DNA of 64,000 nucleotides from Minisyncoccia bacterium (GCA_049317285.1 JBMOIO010000003.1:25003-89002), one strand, 5' to 3'; positions 27,832-38,591 are shown, numbered from the stretch's first letter. Notes: generated by a model not told the origin, from the sequence alone. A program made the numbers and translations.

Positions 27832-29628
27832 ATGGTGAAAAAAAGTTTCTTTATACGAATAGTCTATTTCTTTAAGCCCTTTTGGAAATATTTCATCATG
27901 ACAGGATTGTTGCTGGTAGTTATCCAGTCATTTGGTGCTATTACCCCTTATTTGTTTGGGAAGGGGGTAGATGCTATTACTGCAGGCAATGTTCGACTAA
28001 CGTTTATTTTTCTTATTATATCGTTTGTTATCACTATTTTGCAGCAGCAAGTATTTTGGTATTTAAAGGAATATATAGATGTTAAGCGCTTAGACACAAA
28101 TATTGATAAGGCGCTCTCACTTGTTTCTCTGCGTCGCATGCTTCAGTTTTCAATTGGACAGCATATCAATGAGCACTCCGGGGTGAAGCAGACGATAGTG
28201 AACAAGGGGCAAAATGCGCTTACGAGTTTGGTTGATAATTTTATTTACATCCTTCTCCAAAACGGTATTCAAATTCTTGTAACACTAATAATCTTAGCAG
28301 TGTTTGACTGGCGCTTGGCAGCGGTCGCACTTGTATTTATATTGATACATATTTTAGTTTCAAACAAAAGAAACAAAACGTTCTTTCCTAAAATAGACGA
28401 AGTACGAAAGAAAAATCAAGCGCAATCGAAACTCGGCTCAGAACTGTATCGTAATTCGACATTGGTTATTGCAGAATCCCAAGAAGATAAAACGGTGGCT
28501 GATTTTGATACTGCGTATAGCGGCGTTACGGACTTCACCATCAAAGTATGGTTAAAGTACATAAACGCTTATTACGGACAGAAATTCACTATTATTATAG
28601 GGAGGTATATGGTACTTGGTCTCGGAGTATATTTTATTTTAATGGGGAATCATTCGGCCGGTATGTTTGTAGCGCTTTTTGCTTGGACGGGTTCTATTTT
28701 TGATAATCTCAATCAACTGATGAACTATCAGCGTTCTGTGATGTTTCAAGTGGTGGAGATTAAAAAATATTTTGAACTGTTAGATATTGCGCCGGATATT
28801 GACCCGAACATTGGCGGGAAAACAATTCCTGAACTGAAGGGAACAATAGAGTTTAAAAATGTGAGCTTTGCATATCCATACCGAAAAAGTGCTCAGGAAA
28901 TAGATGAAGAGAGTACAGAAGAGAAGGAGCAGGCGCACACCATTACCGACATTAACTTTAGTATTCCTGCAGGATCAAAAGTTGGATTTGTAGGAGTTTC
29001 TGGTTCAGGTAAAACAACAATGGTAAATCTTATGCGCCGATATTACGATACGACAAGCGGGGACATATTAATCGACGGAGTACCATTGAAAGAACTTGAT
29101 TTGCACTGGCTTCGATCTCAAATAGGGAATGTCGAGCAAAAGATAGACCTCTTTGACCGAAGTGTCAGAGAAAACATTTTATTTGGATTACCCCATGATG
29201 CCAAAGTACCTGAAGAAAAGCTACAAAAGGCAGTGACTGATGCGTCGCTCGATGAATTTATTGAAAAACTAAAAGACCATGGTCTTGATACTGTCATTGG
29301 CGAAGGGGGAGTGAAAGTCTCCGGTGGCGAGCGCCAGCGTATTGGTATTGCGCGTGCACTCATCAAAGACCCAAAGATTCTTATTTTTGATGAAGCAACA
29401 AGTGCGCTCGACTCTATTAACGAAAAGCTTATTCATGACGCCATCAACAAAAGTGCCAAGGGGAGAACGACCATTATCATTGCACACCGCCTTTCAACAG
29501 TGGCTGATGCTGATATTATTTTTGTGGTGAAGGAGGGAAAGATTGTGGACCACGGAACTCACGCAGTACTTGAAAAGAAGTCTAAAGAATATCAGCGCCT
29601 GATTAAGAATCAAGTACTGATGGCATAG
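27832..29628 (+). CDS. ABC transporter, fused permease/ATPase (second exporter)
   Basis: 6-TM domain. Walker A GVSGSGKTT, signature VSGGERQRIGIARAL, Walker B ILIFDEATS. Confidence 0.8.
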   Translation: MVKKSFFIRIVYFFKPFWKYFIMTGLLLVVIQSFGAITPYLFGKGVDAITAGNVRLTFIFLIISFVITILQQQVFWYLKEYIDVKRLDTNIDKALSLVSLRRMLQFSIGQHINEHSGVKQTIVNKGQNALTSLVDNFIYILLQNGIQILVTLIILAVFDWRLAAVALVFILIHILVSNKRNKTFFPKIDEVRKKNQAQSKLGSELYRNSTLVIAESQEDKTVADFDTAYSGVTDFTIKVWLKYINAYYGQKFTIIIGRYMVLGLGVYFILMGNHSAGMFVALFAWTGSIFDNLNQLMNYQRSVMFQVVEIKKYFELLDIAPDIDPNIGGKTIPELKGTIEFKNVSFAYPYRKSAQEIDEESTEEKEQAHTITDINFSIPAGSKVGFVGVSGSGKTTMVNLMRRYYDTTSGDILIDGVPLKELDLHWLRSQIGNVEQKIDLFDRSVRENILFGLPHDAKVPEEKLQKAVTDASLDEFIEKLKDHGLDTVIGEGGVKVSGGERQRIGIARALIKDPKILIFDEATSALDSINEKLIHDAINKSAKGRTTIIIAHRLSTVADADIIFVVKEGKIVDHGTHAVLEKKSKEYQRLIKNQVLMA

Positions 29629-29685
29629 TATTGATTTATTCTAAAATCGTGCTATAGTGAACAAAATTCACTTTAACAGAGCGAC

Positions 29686-30150
29686 ATGATAAAAGAACTT
29701 CTTAAAAAACACGTTTTAGAAAATGGTGTTTTGCTTCACCGAAGCCCGAGGCAACTTACTGAAATAAAGCCTTTTTTCACTGATGACGAATTTGCTGTGT
29801 GCGCCACCCAGCATCCCGAAATTGCAATTTATATGGCAATTGTACGTGCCTGCAAACCTGAAACATTTTCCTTCAATGTTTTTAAAAGGGACCGCAATTG
29901 TAAAGCAACTCTCAGACTGTGCGAAGAAGCACTTGAGTATCTTATGAATAATACTGTCACTGGGTATGTCTATTTATTGGACGCAACACCGTTTAAGCAG
30001 TACAAGCCATCTGAGTACAGGGCGTACGAGTCATTGTATGCACAACAGAGGTTTATTGTGACAAAAGAGCATTTGCCGTTTTTTCCCACACCGGGACAGC
30101 TGCACTATGATATTCATTTAGACCATTGTGTTGCTCAGGCCCTTAATTAA
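29686..30150 (+). CDS. hypothetical protein
   Basis: 154-aa ORF followed by its own terminator. No motif recognised. Confidence 0.4.
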   Translation: MIKELLKKHVLENGVLLHRSPRQLTEIKPFFTDDEFAVCATQHPEIAIYMAIVRACKPETFSFNVFKRDRNCKATLRLCEEALEYLMNNTVTGYVYLLDATPFKQYKPSEYRAYESLYAQQRFIVTKEHLPFFPTPGQLHYDIHLDHCVAQALN

Positions 30151-30153
30151 ACT

Positions 30154-30184
30154 AAGCCCGGAACTATTCCGGGCTTTTTTATTT
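30154..30184 (+). terminator. rho-independent terminator
   Basis: aagcccgga/tccgggctt stem plus T-run. Confidence 0.75.
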
Positions 30185-30223
30185 TCCTTAAATACTATAT
30201 CCTTAAAATAAAACCCCTCGACT

Positions 30224-30499
30224 ATGAAAACAGCTGTGCATTATGCGAAGACGCTTCCAACAGTTGGAGGAGTCATCTATGTACCCCCGGTTCATCATGT
30301 AAAAGTAGATGACCATCGAACGGGCGGTAAAGTAACGGTGAGAAGAATTGAAGCGGGAGAAAACGGCAACGGACCCACCCACTTCATCATCGTTGAAGAA
30401 TTTCCTCAGAGAATATATCAATACGATTGGTATTATATTTCTCGAAAGCAAGACTATTACAAAGAACTCTATGGCGACACTTTTGCCTGTTTTGAGTAA
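30224..30499 (+). CDS. hypothetical small protein
   Basis: 91-aa ORF flanked by terminators. No motif recognised. Confidence 0.4.
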   Translation: MKTAVHYAKTLPTVGGVIYVPPVHHVKVDDHRTGGKVTVRRIEAGENGNGPTHFIIVEEFPQRIYQYDWYYISRKQDYYKELYGDTFACFE

Positions 30500-30520
30500 T
30501 ACTCAAAACATACTGTAAAA

Positions 30521-30548
30521 AAAGCTCCCGAAACGGGGCTTTTTTTAT
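30521..30548 (+). terminator. rho-independent terminator
   Basis: gctcccg/cggggc imperfect stem plus T7. Confidence 0.6.
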
Positions 30549-30577
30549 TGACCTTTTTCTAGTAGAATAGGGGAATT

Positions 30578-31999
30578 ATGGAGAGAACATACATTGGAGA
30601 GGCGAGTAGTAAGGCGGGGGAAACAATACTGATAAAAGGATGGGTGGATGTGCGCCGTGACCAGGGAAAAATGGTCTTTTTTGATTTCCGCGACATGACC
30701 GGCATGATCCAGGGCGTGGTGCTCCCAAACCAGGCTGAGGTGATAGAAGTTGCAAAAACAACTCGCCCTGAAAGCGTGGTGATGATAGAAGGAATCGTGA
30801 ACAAGCGCCCAGAGCGAAATATTGTAGAAGGAAAAGTAAACGGCGACATTGAACTTGAAATCACTGCTATTACTATTTTAAACCACGCTGAACCACTTCC
30901 GTTTGAAATCAATGTAGACACTAAAGAAGTAAACGAAGAAGTGCGATTGCGCCACCGATACCTCGACCTCCGCAGTACCCGCATGCAGGCAAACATCCGC
31001 GCGCGCGACCGTGTGATTAGTTATATCAGAAACTTCCTTCACAACGAGAAGTTTATCGAAGTGGAAACACCAATGCTCACCAAAAGCACCCCTGAAGGCT
31101 CTCGCGACTATATCGTACCCGCACGCCTGTACCCGGGGACATTTTATGCGCTCCCACAGTCGCCCCAGCAGTACAAACAACTCTTGATGACAGCAGGCGT
31201 AGAGCGATACTTCCAAATTGCTCGCTGTATGCGCGACGAAGACTCGCGCGGTGACCGCCAGCCCGAATTTACTCAGCTTGATATGGAAATGAGTTTTGTT
31301 GAACGCGATGACGTCATGGCAGTCAACGAAGCGCTCTTGATTAAAATGGTAACCGAGCTTTATCCTGAGAAAAGAATCCAAGCAATTCCGTTTCCTCGCA
31401 TCACGTACAAAGACGCGATGGAAAAATATGGCAATGACTGCCCTGATATTCGAGAAGACAAAGAAGACCCGAACCTCCTTGCATTTGCGTGGGTAGTAGA
31501 CTTCCCCTTCTTTGAGTCCACAGAAACAAGCGACGACCCAAACGCCAAAGGTGCTTGGACCTATAGCCACAATCCGTTTTCGCGCCCTATAGAGGCACAC
31601 ATGGAGAACTTGATGGAGAAAAAGAACATTGGCGACATTCTTACGACACAGTACGACATTATCCTCAACGGCTTTGAAATCGGGGGCGGTTCTATCCGTA
31701 ACCACAACTATGAAGCACTCGCAAAAGTGTTTGAAGTCTTGGGTCACGATGAAGAGACTATCAACGGACAGTTCGGGCATATGCTCCAGGCATTTAAGCT
31801 CGGTACACCACCGCACGGCGGTATTGCGTGGGGCCTTGACCGCTTTATGATGCTCATGCAAAACGAGCCAAACATCCGCGAAGTGATCCCATTTCCAAAG
31901 ACAGGCGAAGGCCGCGACCCGATGATGGACTCTCCTGCAGCCGTATCCGACAAACAGCTCGACGAATTGAACATCGTTCTTAAGAAGCCGAAAGCATAA
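30578..31999 (+). CDS. aspS: aspartyl-tRNA synthetase, compact form without the GAD insertion
   Basis: N-terminal OB domain. QSPQQYKQLLM...FQIARCMRDEDSRGDRQPEFTQLDMEMSF is the bacterial AspRS motif 1/2 region. C-terminal GGGSIR motif 3. 473 aa. Confidence 0.85.
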   Translation: MERTYIGEASSKAGETILIKGWVDVRRDQGKMVFFDFRDMTGMIQGVVLPNQAEVIEVAKTTRPESVVMIEGIVNKRPERNIVEGKVNGDIELEITAITILNHAEPLPFEINVDTKEVNEEVRLRHRYLDLRSTRMQANIRARDRVISYIRNFLHNEKFIEVETPMLTKSTPEGSRDYIVPARLYPGTFYALPQSPQQYKQLLMTAGVERYFQIARCMRDEDSRGDRQPEFTQLDMEMSFVERDDVMAVNEALLIKMVTELYPEKRIQAIPFPRITYKDAMEKYGNDCPDIREDKEDPNLLAFAWVVDFPFFESTETSDDPNAKGAWTYSHNPFSRPIEAHMENLMEKKNIGDILTTQYDIILNGFEIGGGSIRNHNYEALAKVFEVLGHDEETINGQFGHMLQAFKLGTPPHGGIAWGLDRFMMLMQNEPNIREVIPFPKTGEGRDPMMDSPAAVSDKQLDELNIVLKKPKA

Positions 32000-32001
32000 C
32001 A

Positions 32002-32502
32002 ATGGCACACTACGACGCAACAACAGCTGAAAATAAATGTATTTTCTGCGAGATAGTTGCGGGGCGCTTTGAAACTCCCGGAATCTTTTGGGAAGATATG
32101 AAGTTTATGGCATTTCTTTCCATTGACCCTAATACAAAAGGATTTTCTTGTGTGATTCCAAAAGAGCATCATGGCAGTGACGTATTAAAAATGTCGGACG
32201 ATGTACTACAGCGTTTTATTATTGCATCTAAAAAAGTTGCCGGGATTTTAGAAAACTATTTCGAAGATGTTGGGCGAGTAGGGCTTCTTATGGAGGGTAC
32301 CGGGATAGACCATGCGCACATTAAGCTTGTGCCCCTTCATGGAACCCAAGAATTAAAGCGTGGAGAATGGAAACAACATCTTTCTGGAAAAGAGTTTTGG
32401 TTTGATACATACGAAGGGTGGATTTCTTCTGGTGGCGGGCCGAGAGCGGATGATGAACAGCTAAAGATACTTGCAGAAGATATTAAAAAATCTATTGTTT
32501 AA
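32002..32502 (+). CDS. HIT-family hydrolase
   Basis: Histidine triad DHAHIKLVP. Fold-typical N-terminus CIFCEI. Confidence 0.65.
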   Translation: MAHYDATTAENKCIFCEIVAGRFETPGIFWEDMKFMAFLSIDPNTKGFSCVIPKEHHGSDVLKMSDDVLQRFIIASKKVAGILENYFEDVGRVGLLMEGTGIDHAHIKLVPLHGTQELKRGEWKQHLSGKEFWFDTYEGWISSGGGPRADDEQLKILAEDIKKSIV

Positions 32503-32503
32503 T

Positions 32504-33286
32504 ATGGAAACTGAAACCACATTCACCGTTAAGCATGAACATTTTGAAGGACCGATTGAGGTGCTTTTGGAGCTGATTGAAAAGCGAAAGCTCTTTGTAA
32601 ACGATGTGTCTTTGGGTTCTGTCACCGAAGAGTTTATCAGCTACATGCAAACCCGCGGGATGCACCCTGATGAAACAGCAAACTTCTTGGCGGTTGCTGC
32701 AACACTTATTTTGATTAAAGCACGATCACTCTTGCCGAACCTTGAGCTTACTCCGCAGGAAACAGAATCTATCAGCGACCTTGAACGCCGCGTAGCACTG
32801 TATCAAATAATCTCGCAAGTTTCCGGAGAACTCACTCGAACCTATGGAAAGAAAGTGTCGTTTGAAGGGGTCCGCCGTACTACAGGCGTAGTGTTTGCGC
32901 CGGACAACACCCTCGCACTTACTGACCTTGCAGGACTCATCCTTGGCGCAGTGAAGCGAGCTCCAGTTGAAGCACCAAAGAAGCCCGAAGCTCGCGTATT
33001 TAAAACCATCTCTATCAGCGAGGTATTGAATACACTCACTGAGCGCATCGAGCGAGCGCTAGAAAATATTAATGGCACCGTTTCTTTCAATAGTGTACGA
33101 GTGCACTCGCCAGACGAAGACGATAAAAGCCAAAAAGTGTATACGATTGTGTCATTTCTTGGTATGCTTGAGCTCGTACGACGAGGACTTTTGGCCGCTG
33201 AGCAAAACGACCTCTTCCACGACATCACCCTTGCAAAAGCAGAGGAAAAAACTCTTACTGACGAGTCTCTAGACGAAACACTATAA
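32504..33286 (+). CDS. scpA: segregation and condensation protein A (kleisin)
   Basis: FEGPIEVLLELIEKRKLFVNDVSLGSVTEEFISYM is the ScpA N-terminus. Followed by scpB. Confidence 0.8.
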   Translation: METETTFTVKHEHFEGPIEVLLELIEKRKLFVNDVSLGSVTEEFISYMQTRGMHPDETANFLAVAATLILIKARSLLPNLELTPQETESISDLERRVALYQIISQVSGELTRTYGKKVSFEGVRRTTGVVFAPDNTLALTDLAGLILGAVKRAPVEAPKKPEARVFKTISISEVLNTLTERIERALENINGTVSFNSVRVHSPDEDDKSQKVYTIVSFLGMLELVRRGLLAAEQNDLFHDITLAKAEEKTLTDESLDETL

Positions 33287-33816
33287 TGACACCAACAGCC
33301 CAAACAATCCACGCACTTCTTTTTGCAACAGCAGACAACTACACAGTAGTGGGACTCTCTGCACTGCTTTCAGTAAGTACAGAGGAGATAGAAACAGCGC
33401 TTCAGAGTCTCTCTGCTGGATTAGAAGGGCAGGGAATCATGCTCGTGCGCGAAGGCAATAGCGTCATCTTGGCGACACGACCTGAACATGGTGCACTCTT
33501 AGAAACAATCCGTAAAGAAGAGCTTTCAAAAGAGCTTTCAAAAGCAAGTGCAGAAACCCTCGCTATTGTTGTCTATCGCCCTGGTGCAACAAAAGCGGAG
33601 ATTGAGCTTATCCGGGGAGTGAATGCATCATATTCTTTGCGCGCTCTTTCCATGCGCGGACTAATAGAAGCAAAAAGTGTGGGGCGCGGACTTGTCTACC
33701 ACCCAACTCTTGCACTTTTGGAACACTTTGGCGCGCAAAGCATTGCTGAACTGCCACAGTTTGCCGAAGTGAAAGCAAAGATCGAAACATTACTCGCCAC
33801 CAACGCTGTAGAATAA
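33286..33816 (+). CDS. scpB: segregation and condensation protein B
   Basis: Tandem winged helix. IVVYRPGATKAEIELIRGVNASYSLRALSMRGLIE is ScpB-like. Confidence 0.8.
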   Translation: MTPTAQTIHALLFATADNYTVVGLSALLSVSTEEIETALQSLSAGLEGQGIMLVREGNSVILATRPEHGALLETIRKEELSKELSKASAETLAIVVYRPGATKAEIELIRGVNASYSLRALSMRGLIEAKSVGRGLVYHPTLALLEHFGAQSIAELPQFAEVKAKIETLLATNAVE

Positions 33817-33819
33817 TTT

Positions 33820-34905
33820 TTGAGAATAGCTATGGATATCAATGTCATCAAAATTTTCCTCCCCACTGCACTTGCCTTTATTATCGGCATTGCACTGACT
33901 CCGCGCCTCACTGCTATCATGTACGCGCGTAAGCTCTGGAAAAAAAGTGCGCGCGCCGAACACGCATCAATCACCAATACCGACTTTGCAAAAGTGCACA
34001 ACAGCGCCGAGGAGCTTTCTACACCGCGAGTAGGAGGGATTATCATTTGGCTCTCTGTAGTGATCTGTATTTCGATCATGTGGGCGATTTCCCGCATTGT
34101 ACCCTCTGACCTTTCAGCAAAGCTCGACTTCTTCAGTAAAAGCCAGACACTTGTACCGCTGGCAAGCTTACTCTTGGGAAGCCTGCTTGGATTAATTGAT
34201 GACATTATACAAATCAAAGGAACAAACGATGTAGTAGGAAAGACCGACAAAGACATTTGGTTTCGCTATTTTAAAATCGCCCTTATTGTCATAGCGGGTG
34301 CTGTTATTGGTGGATGGTTTTACACCAAGCTTGGAGTGAATAGTGTCGCAATACCATTTAGTGCAGTGCCGCTCTATCTCGGAATGTTCTTTATTCCCTT
34401 TTTTATATTCATCATGATCGCTGTATTTTCAGGCGGCGTGATTGACGGGCTCGACGGCCTTGCGGGCGGTGTACTTGCAATCATTTTTGCTTCCTATGCG
34501 ATTATTGCGTACGGGCAAGATCAGATAGATATTGCAGCACTCTGCGGAGTTATCTCCGGCGGTATTCTCGCATTTCTTTGGTTCAATGTGCCTCCTGCGC
34601 GCTTTTATATGGGGGAAACCGGGATGATGGGGCTTTTGGTGGTGCTTACTGTTATTGCCTTTCTTACCGACACTGTTCTTCTTCTCCCTTTGATTGCATT
34701 CCCCCTTGCTATTAGCAGTGCGTCATCTCTCATTCAGATCATCAGCTACAAATACTTTGGAAAGCGCCGGGTGTTTAAGATTGCACCCTTGCACCATCAC
34801 TTCCGCGCACTCGGCTGGTCTCGCGAAAAGGTGGTCATGCGCTACTGGGTCGTCTCTATTATTTGCGCACTTGTCGGTGTAGTAATCGCACTGATCAGCA
34901 AATAA
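33820..34905 (+). CDS. mraY: phospho-N-acetylmuramoyl-pentapeptide transferase
   Basis: 10-TM protein with DD(x)D motifs. C-terminal HHHFRALGWSREKVVMRYW is characteristic of MraY. Confidence 0.85.
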   Translation: MRIAMDINVIKIFLPTALAFIIGIALTPRLTAIMYARKLWKKSARAEHASITNTDFAKVHNSAEELSTPRVGGIIIWLSVVICISIMWAISRIVPSDLSAKLDFFSKSQTLVPLASLLLGSLLGLIDDIIQIKGTNDVVGKTDKDIWFRYFKIALIVIAGAVIGGWFYTKLGVNSVAIPFSAVPLYLGMFFIPFFIFIMIAVFSGGVIDGLDGLAGGVLAIIFASYAIIAYGQDQIDIAALCGVISGGILAFLWFNVPPARFYMGETGMMGLLVVLTVIAFLTDTVLLLPLIAFPLAISSASSLIQIISYKYFGKRRVFKIAPLHHHFRALGWSREKVVMRYWVVSIICALVGVVIALISK

Positions 34906-34906
34906 T

Positions 34907-36019
34907 ATGGCGAAAGTAGTAAAGCCTGCCGCATTTGACCGATACTTCTTTTTCATCGTACTTCTTATTACTGTTATAGGACTTTTTGCTTTTGTGTCGG
35001 CATCATTAGGAGTGCTTGCGCGCAATCAGGACAAGTTTTACGGTGTTCTCTTTAACCAGATAGTGCTCGGCTTTATCGGAGGCTTGGGCGCATTGTGGCT
35101 GACCGCAAATATTCCGTACCACTTTTGGCGCAGAAATGCTTTTTTCATATTTATCGGGACACTCCTCTTAACCCTTGCTGTATTTATCCCTGGCCTTGGC
35201 TTTTCACACGGCGGTGCGCGCCGATGGATTTCACTCGGTCCTATTTCTTTTCAACCGGCTGAACTTTTGAAGATTGGCTTTGTTATTTATTTTGCTGCAT
35301 GGCTCGCATGGACACGAAAAAAAGAAGAAGAGTTTAAATACAAAGTGGCGCCACTGATGATCATGCTCGGTATTGTTGCTGTGACACTGTTGCGCCAACC
35401 TGATACCAAGAGTCTTATTCTTATCACTGCAGCGGCCTGCTGTATGCTCTTTGTTTCTGGTGTGTCATGGAAAAAAGTGGTGGGGATTATCCTCGCCGGA
35501 ATGCTCTGTATCACGGTCTTGGCATTTGTCCGCCCCTATGTGATGGATCGTATCAAAACATACATCAACCCAAGCACTGACCCGCGCGGTTCGTCATACC
35601 AGCTTCAACAAGGACTCATCGCTATCGGAAGCGGGGGCGCATTTGGGCGCGGGCTTGGGCAGAGCGTGCAGAAGTTCAATTATCTTCCTGAACCACAAGG
35701 CGACTCAATATTCGCAGTAATAGGGGAAGAGTTTGGTTTCTTGGGAAGCACGATTCTTGTTATTCTCTATGTATTCCTCGCAATACGCGGCTTTAAGATC
35801 GCACTGACTGCGTCGGACAGCTTTGGGCGGTACATTGTCATTGGTTTGGTAACACTGCTTACAGCGCAATCCTTTCTCAATATCCTCTCCCTGCTCGGGC
35901 TATTTCCTTTGACCGGCGTACCTCTTGTCTTTATCTCCCACGGAGGGACGTCGCTCTTTATCGCCCTTGCTGCAGCCGGCATCATTTTGAACGTTTCTCG
36001 ATATCCAAAAAAAGTGTAA
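34907..36019 (+). CDS. ftsW: SEDS-family peptidoglycan glycosyltransferase FtsW/RodA
   Basis: 10-TM SEDS topology. Conserved FISHGGTSL near the C-terminus. Lies between mraY and murG. Confidence 0.85.
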   Translation: MAKVVKPAAFDRYFFFIVLLITVIGLFAFVSASLGVLARNQDKFYGVLFNQIVLGFIGGLGALWLTANIPYHFWRRNAFFIFIGTLLLTLAVFIPGLGFSHGGARRWISLGPISFQPAELLKIGFVIYFAAWLAWTRKKEEEFKYKVAPLMIMLGIVAVTLLRQPDTKSLILITAAACCMLFVSGVSWKKVVGIILAGMLCITVLAFVRPYVMDRIKTYINPSTDPRGSSYQLQQGLIAIGSGGAFGRGLGQSVQKFNYLPEPQGDSIFAVIGEEFGFLGSTILVILYVFLAIRGFKIALTASDSFGRYIVIGLVTLLTAQSFLNILSLLGLFPLTGVPLVFISHGGTSLFIALAAAGIILNVSRYPKKV

Positions 36020-36031
36020 AATAGGGGCATT

Positions 36032-37165
36032 ATGAAAATCCTATTAACAGGCGGGGGGACAGGAGGACACTTTTACCCACTCATCGCTATTGCCGAAGAA
36101 CTCAACCGCCTCTCCGACCAGGAACGCTTGGTAAACATGAAGCTCTACTTCATGTCTGACGCTCCGTATAATGCGCGAGAGCTCGAACAGCAGTTCATCA
36201 AGTTCATCCCTATCACCGCCGGCAAATTGCGCGTCTATTTTTCTCTGCAAAACTTCATCGATGTTTTTAAAACAGGGTTTGGTGTTATTGATGCGCTGTT
36301 TAAAGTATTCAACCTTTACCCCGATGTTGTCATCTCAAAGGGAGGGTACGCTGCATTTCCTGTTCTTGTTGCGGCAAAGCTTTTGCGTATCCCAGTGATT
36401 ATCCACGAGAGCGACACAGTACCAGGGCGCGTGAACAAATGGTCGGGCAAGTTTGCGCGAAAGATCGCACTCTCATACCCGGAAGCGGCAAGCTTTTTCA
36501 ATGAAGCAAAGGTATCCGTCACTGGACAGCCAATACGAAAAACAGTTACCTACACTGCAACCGAAGGTGCAAAAGAATTTTTTGACCTTGACCCAAATAT
36601 TTTGACAGTCGGCATTATTGGTGGATCAAGTGGAGCAAAAGTGATCAACGACACCATCACGGCGGTACTGCCACAGCTTATTGATCACTATCAGGTCATC
36701 CATCAGACTGGTACAAAAACATTTGAAGAAACAAAAACAGACGCAAGTGTTATTATGGGCGACAGTGTGAAGCGTACTCGATATAAGATATTTCCGTACC
36801 TCAATGACTTGCAGAGCAAAATGTTTGGTGGAGCATCTGACATCATCATTTCACGCGCGGGCTCGAGCCTGTTTGAAATCGCCGCGTGGGGCAAGCCCTC
36901 TATTATTATCCCTATCCCTGCAAGCAACTCGCACGGAGACCATCAGCGAAAAAATGCGTACCATATGGCTCGCACCGGGGCATGTGTCGTAGTCGAACAG
37001 GCAAACCTCACGGGAAGTGTCTTGGTAAATGAAATTCGCCTCATTTTGGAGCATAAAGACCGCTACGAAGTAATGGCAAAGCATGCAAAGAGTCTCCACA
37101 AACCAGACGCTGCCCGCATGATTGCAGCTGAAGCGATTGAGATCGCGCTCGAGCACGTTCGATAA
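36032..37165 (+). CDS. murG: UDP-GlcNAc:lipid I GlcNAc transferase MurG
   Basis: MKILLTGGGTGGHFYPLIAIAEEL is the G-loop. C-terminal GT-B domain. Confidence 0.85.
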   Translation: MKILLTGGGTGGHFYPLIAIAEELNRLSDQERLVNMKLYFMSDAPYNARELEQQFIKFIPITAGKLRVYFSLQNFIDVFKTGFGVIDALFKVFNLYPDVVISKGGYAAFPVLVAAKLLRIPVIIHESDTVPGRVNKWSGKFARKIALSYPEAASFFNEAKVSVTGQPIRKTVTYTATEGAKEFFDLDPNILTVGIIGGSSGAKVINDTITAVLPQLIDHYQVIHQTGTKTFEETKTDASVIMGDSVKRTRYKIFPYLNDLQSKMFGGASDIIISRAGSSLFEIAAWGKPSIIIPIPASNSHGDHQRKNAYHMARTGACVVVEQANLTGSVLVNEIRLILEHKDRYEVMAKHAKSLHKPDAARMIAAEAIEIALEHVR

Positions 37166-37182
37166 GTGGTATACTTTTTTAT

Positions 37183-37533
37183 ATGAATAAAAACACCATT
37201 ATCCTTACTGTTGCTAGCATTGTTATTTTATTTGGGCTTATTGCCTATGGATCCATGCAAATGAAAAAGCCTGTAGTTGTCGAAGACAACACCCCGGGAC
37301 AGATGGACCGAGATTTTGATAAGGGTGCATTGGACCATGACAAAGACGATTGGGGTCGCGACATGAATCAAAACCCGGAACCACGTCCACAACAGCCGAG
37401 TCCTGACGTATCAGTAGACGGTAAGGGCGGATTTACAGCCTGCACAATGGAAGCAAAGCAGTGTCCTGATGGAAAAACGTACGTCGGTCGCCAAGGCCCG
37501 AACTGCGAATTCGCTCTATGTCCTGGTAATTAA
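37183..37533 (+). CDS. small membrane-anchored/secreted Cys-containing protein, hypothetical
   Basis: N-terminal TM/signal. C-terminal CTMEAKQCPDGKTY...CEFALCPGN with 4 Cys. Confidence 0.4.
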   Translation: MNKNTIILTVASIVILFGLIAYGSMQMKKPVVVEDNTPGQMDRDFDKGALDHDKDDWGRDMNQNPEPRPQQPSPDVSVDGKGGFTACTMEAKQCPDGKTYVGRQGPNCEFALCPGN

Positions 37534-37540
37534 CTCAATA

Positions 37541-37572
37541 AAAAACTCCCGCATCATGCGGGAGTTTTTTAT
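37541..37572. terminator. bidirectional rho-independent terminator
   Basis: ctcccgc/gcgggag stem flanked by A and T runs. Confidence 0.75.
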
Positions 37573-38585
37573 TTCAACCTACAGACAAAAATCTTTGGAT
37601 AAATATAAGCGTTCACAACCGTTGAAACCCTCAGACTGAGCGTCTGCGAAATAGTGAAACGTGATTGAAGGAATATACCCTCTAATAGCTCATGTTCGGT
37701 TGTATACACAACCAATACACCGTGTGGGCTTAAGACATCTTCACAAAAGGCGACAAATTGCCGGTAAAGCGCATCTAAATCTTCATCTTTGCCAATCTGC
37801 ATTCCAAACGGCAAGTCCGACACGATACAATCAAAAGTGCCGAGGTCAGGGTGCTCTCTGATGTCAGCATTCTTCAGCTGAATTCTTTTTATTAATCCGG
37901 CCTTTTTAATATTTTGCACAGCAAGTGCGATACTTTTACCGTTATTATCAAAACCCAGCAATGATAGCTGTGTATAGGTGAGCCCGGCTTCAATCAAAAG
38001 TGTTGCGCTCCCAGAAAAAACATTAAGGTAGGTTTTTTTATCCCTAAGCTCAGCGAGCACATTCATTGCATACGCTATTGTTGGATTAAGTCCGCCCTTG
38101 ATATTTGCTACTTTATAGGATCGGAGGGAAAGAGGGCGATTCGTGAGACGAACGCCGACTTCCCACACCCCTGACTGCTTTCCAATAGAAATTTCCATAT
38201 CAGCTTCTTCTGCCGAGACTACTTTATAGGTATCTTTTACAAAAGTTTGTATTTCCTTCACCTCTTTTGAATCGGCCCCCGCGCAACTAAATTTCATCGT
38301 GCGAAACGATTCAGGGGTAACACTAAGAACCCTCTCGACGATTTCTCCCAACAAGGATTTATGTTTTGAGAGAAAATGAGGATTCAACTCAGTGCCTTGT
38401 CGTATTATGGAAACACCGATAATACTTTTCAGGGTTAGAACAGTAGAGAGGTCATCAATAATATCAAGATAAAAAGCATCCTTCCTTTTTTCGATAATAT
38501 GAAACTCCGGATAGTGTTTGATTTCTTGCAAGACTATTTCTTCGAGTCCTGGTATAAAAGTGAGTTTTAGTAACAGTTCGGTCAT
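37569..38585 (-). CDS. THUMP-domain RNA methyltransferase (RlmL/Trm14-like, class I SAM MTase)
   Basis: N-terminal THUMP-like region. MTase motif I (FSGSATLLIEAG) and motif IV DLPFGMQIG. Confidence 0.7.
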   Translation of the reverse strand: MTELLLKLTFIPGLEEIVLQEIKHYPEFHIIEKRKDAFYLDIIDDLSTVLTLKSIIGVSIIRQGTELNPHFLSKHKSLLGEIVERVLSVTPESFRTMKFSCAGADSKEVKEIQTFVKDTYKVVSAEEADMEISIGKQSGVWEVGVRLTNRPLSLRSYKVANIKGGLNPTIAYAMNVLAELRDKKTYLNVFSGSATLLIEAGLTYTQLSLLGFDNNGKSIALAVQNIKKAGLIKRIQLKNADIREHPDLGTFDCIVSDLPFGMQIGKDEDLDALYRQFVAFCEDVLSPHGVLVVYTTEHELLEGIFLQSRFTISQTLSLRVSTVVNAYIYPKIFVCRLK

Positions 38586-38591
38586 AGCTTT

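Noticed and set aside
30878-32023. 381-aa minus-strand ORF antisense to aspS
   Set aside because: It lies wholly inside the well-supported aspS reading frame. It is Cys/His-rich with low complexity and no motifs. A long antisense ORF here is explained by codon bias.
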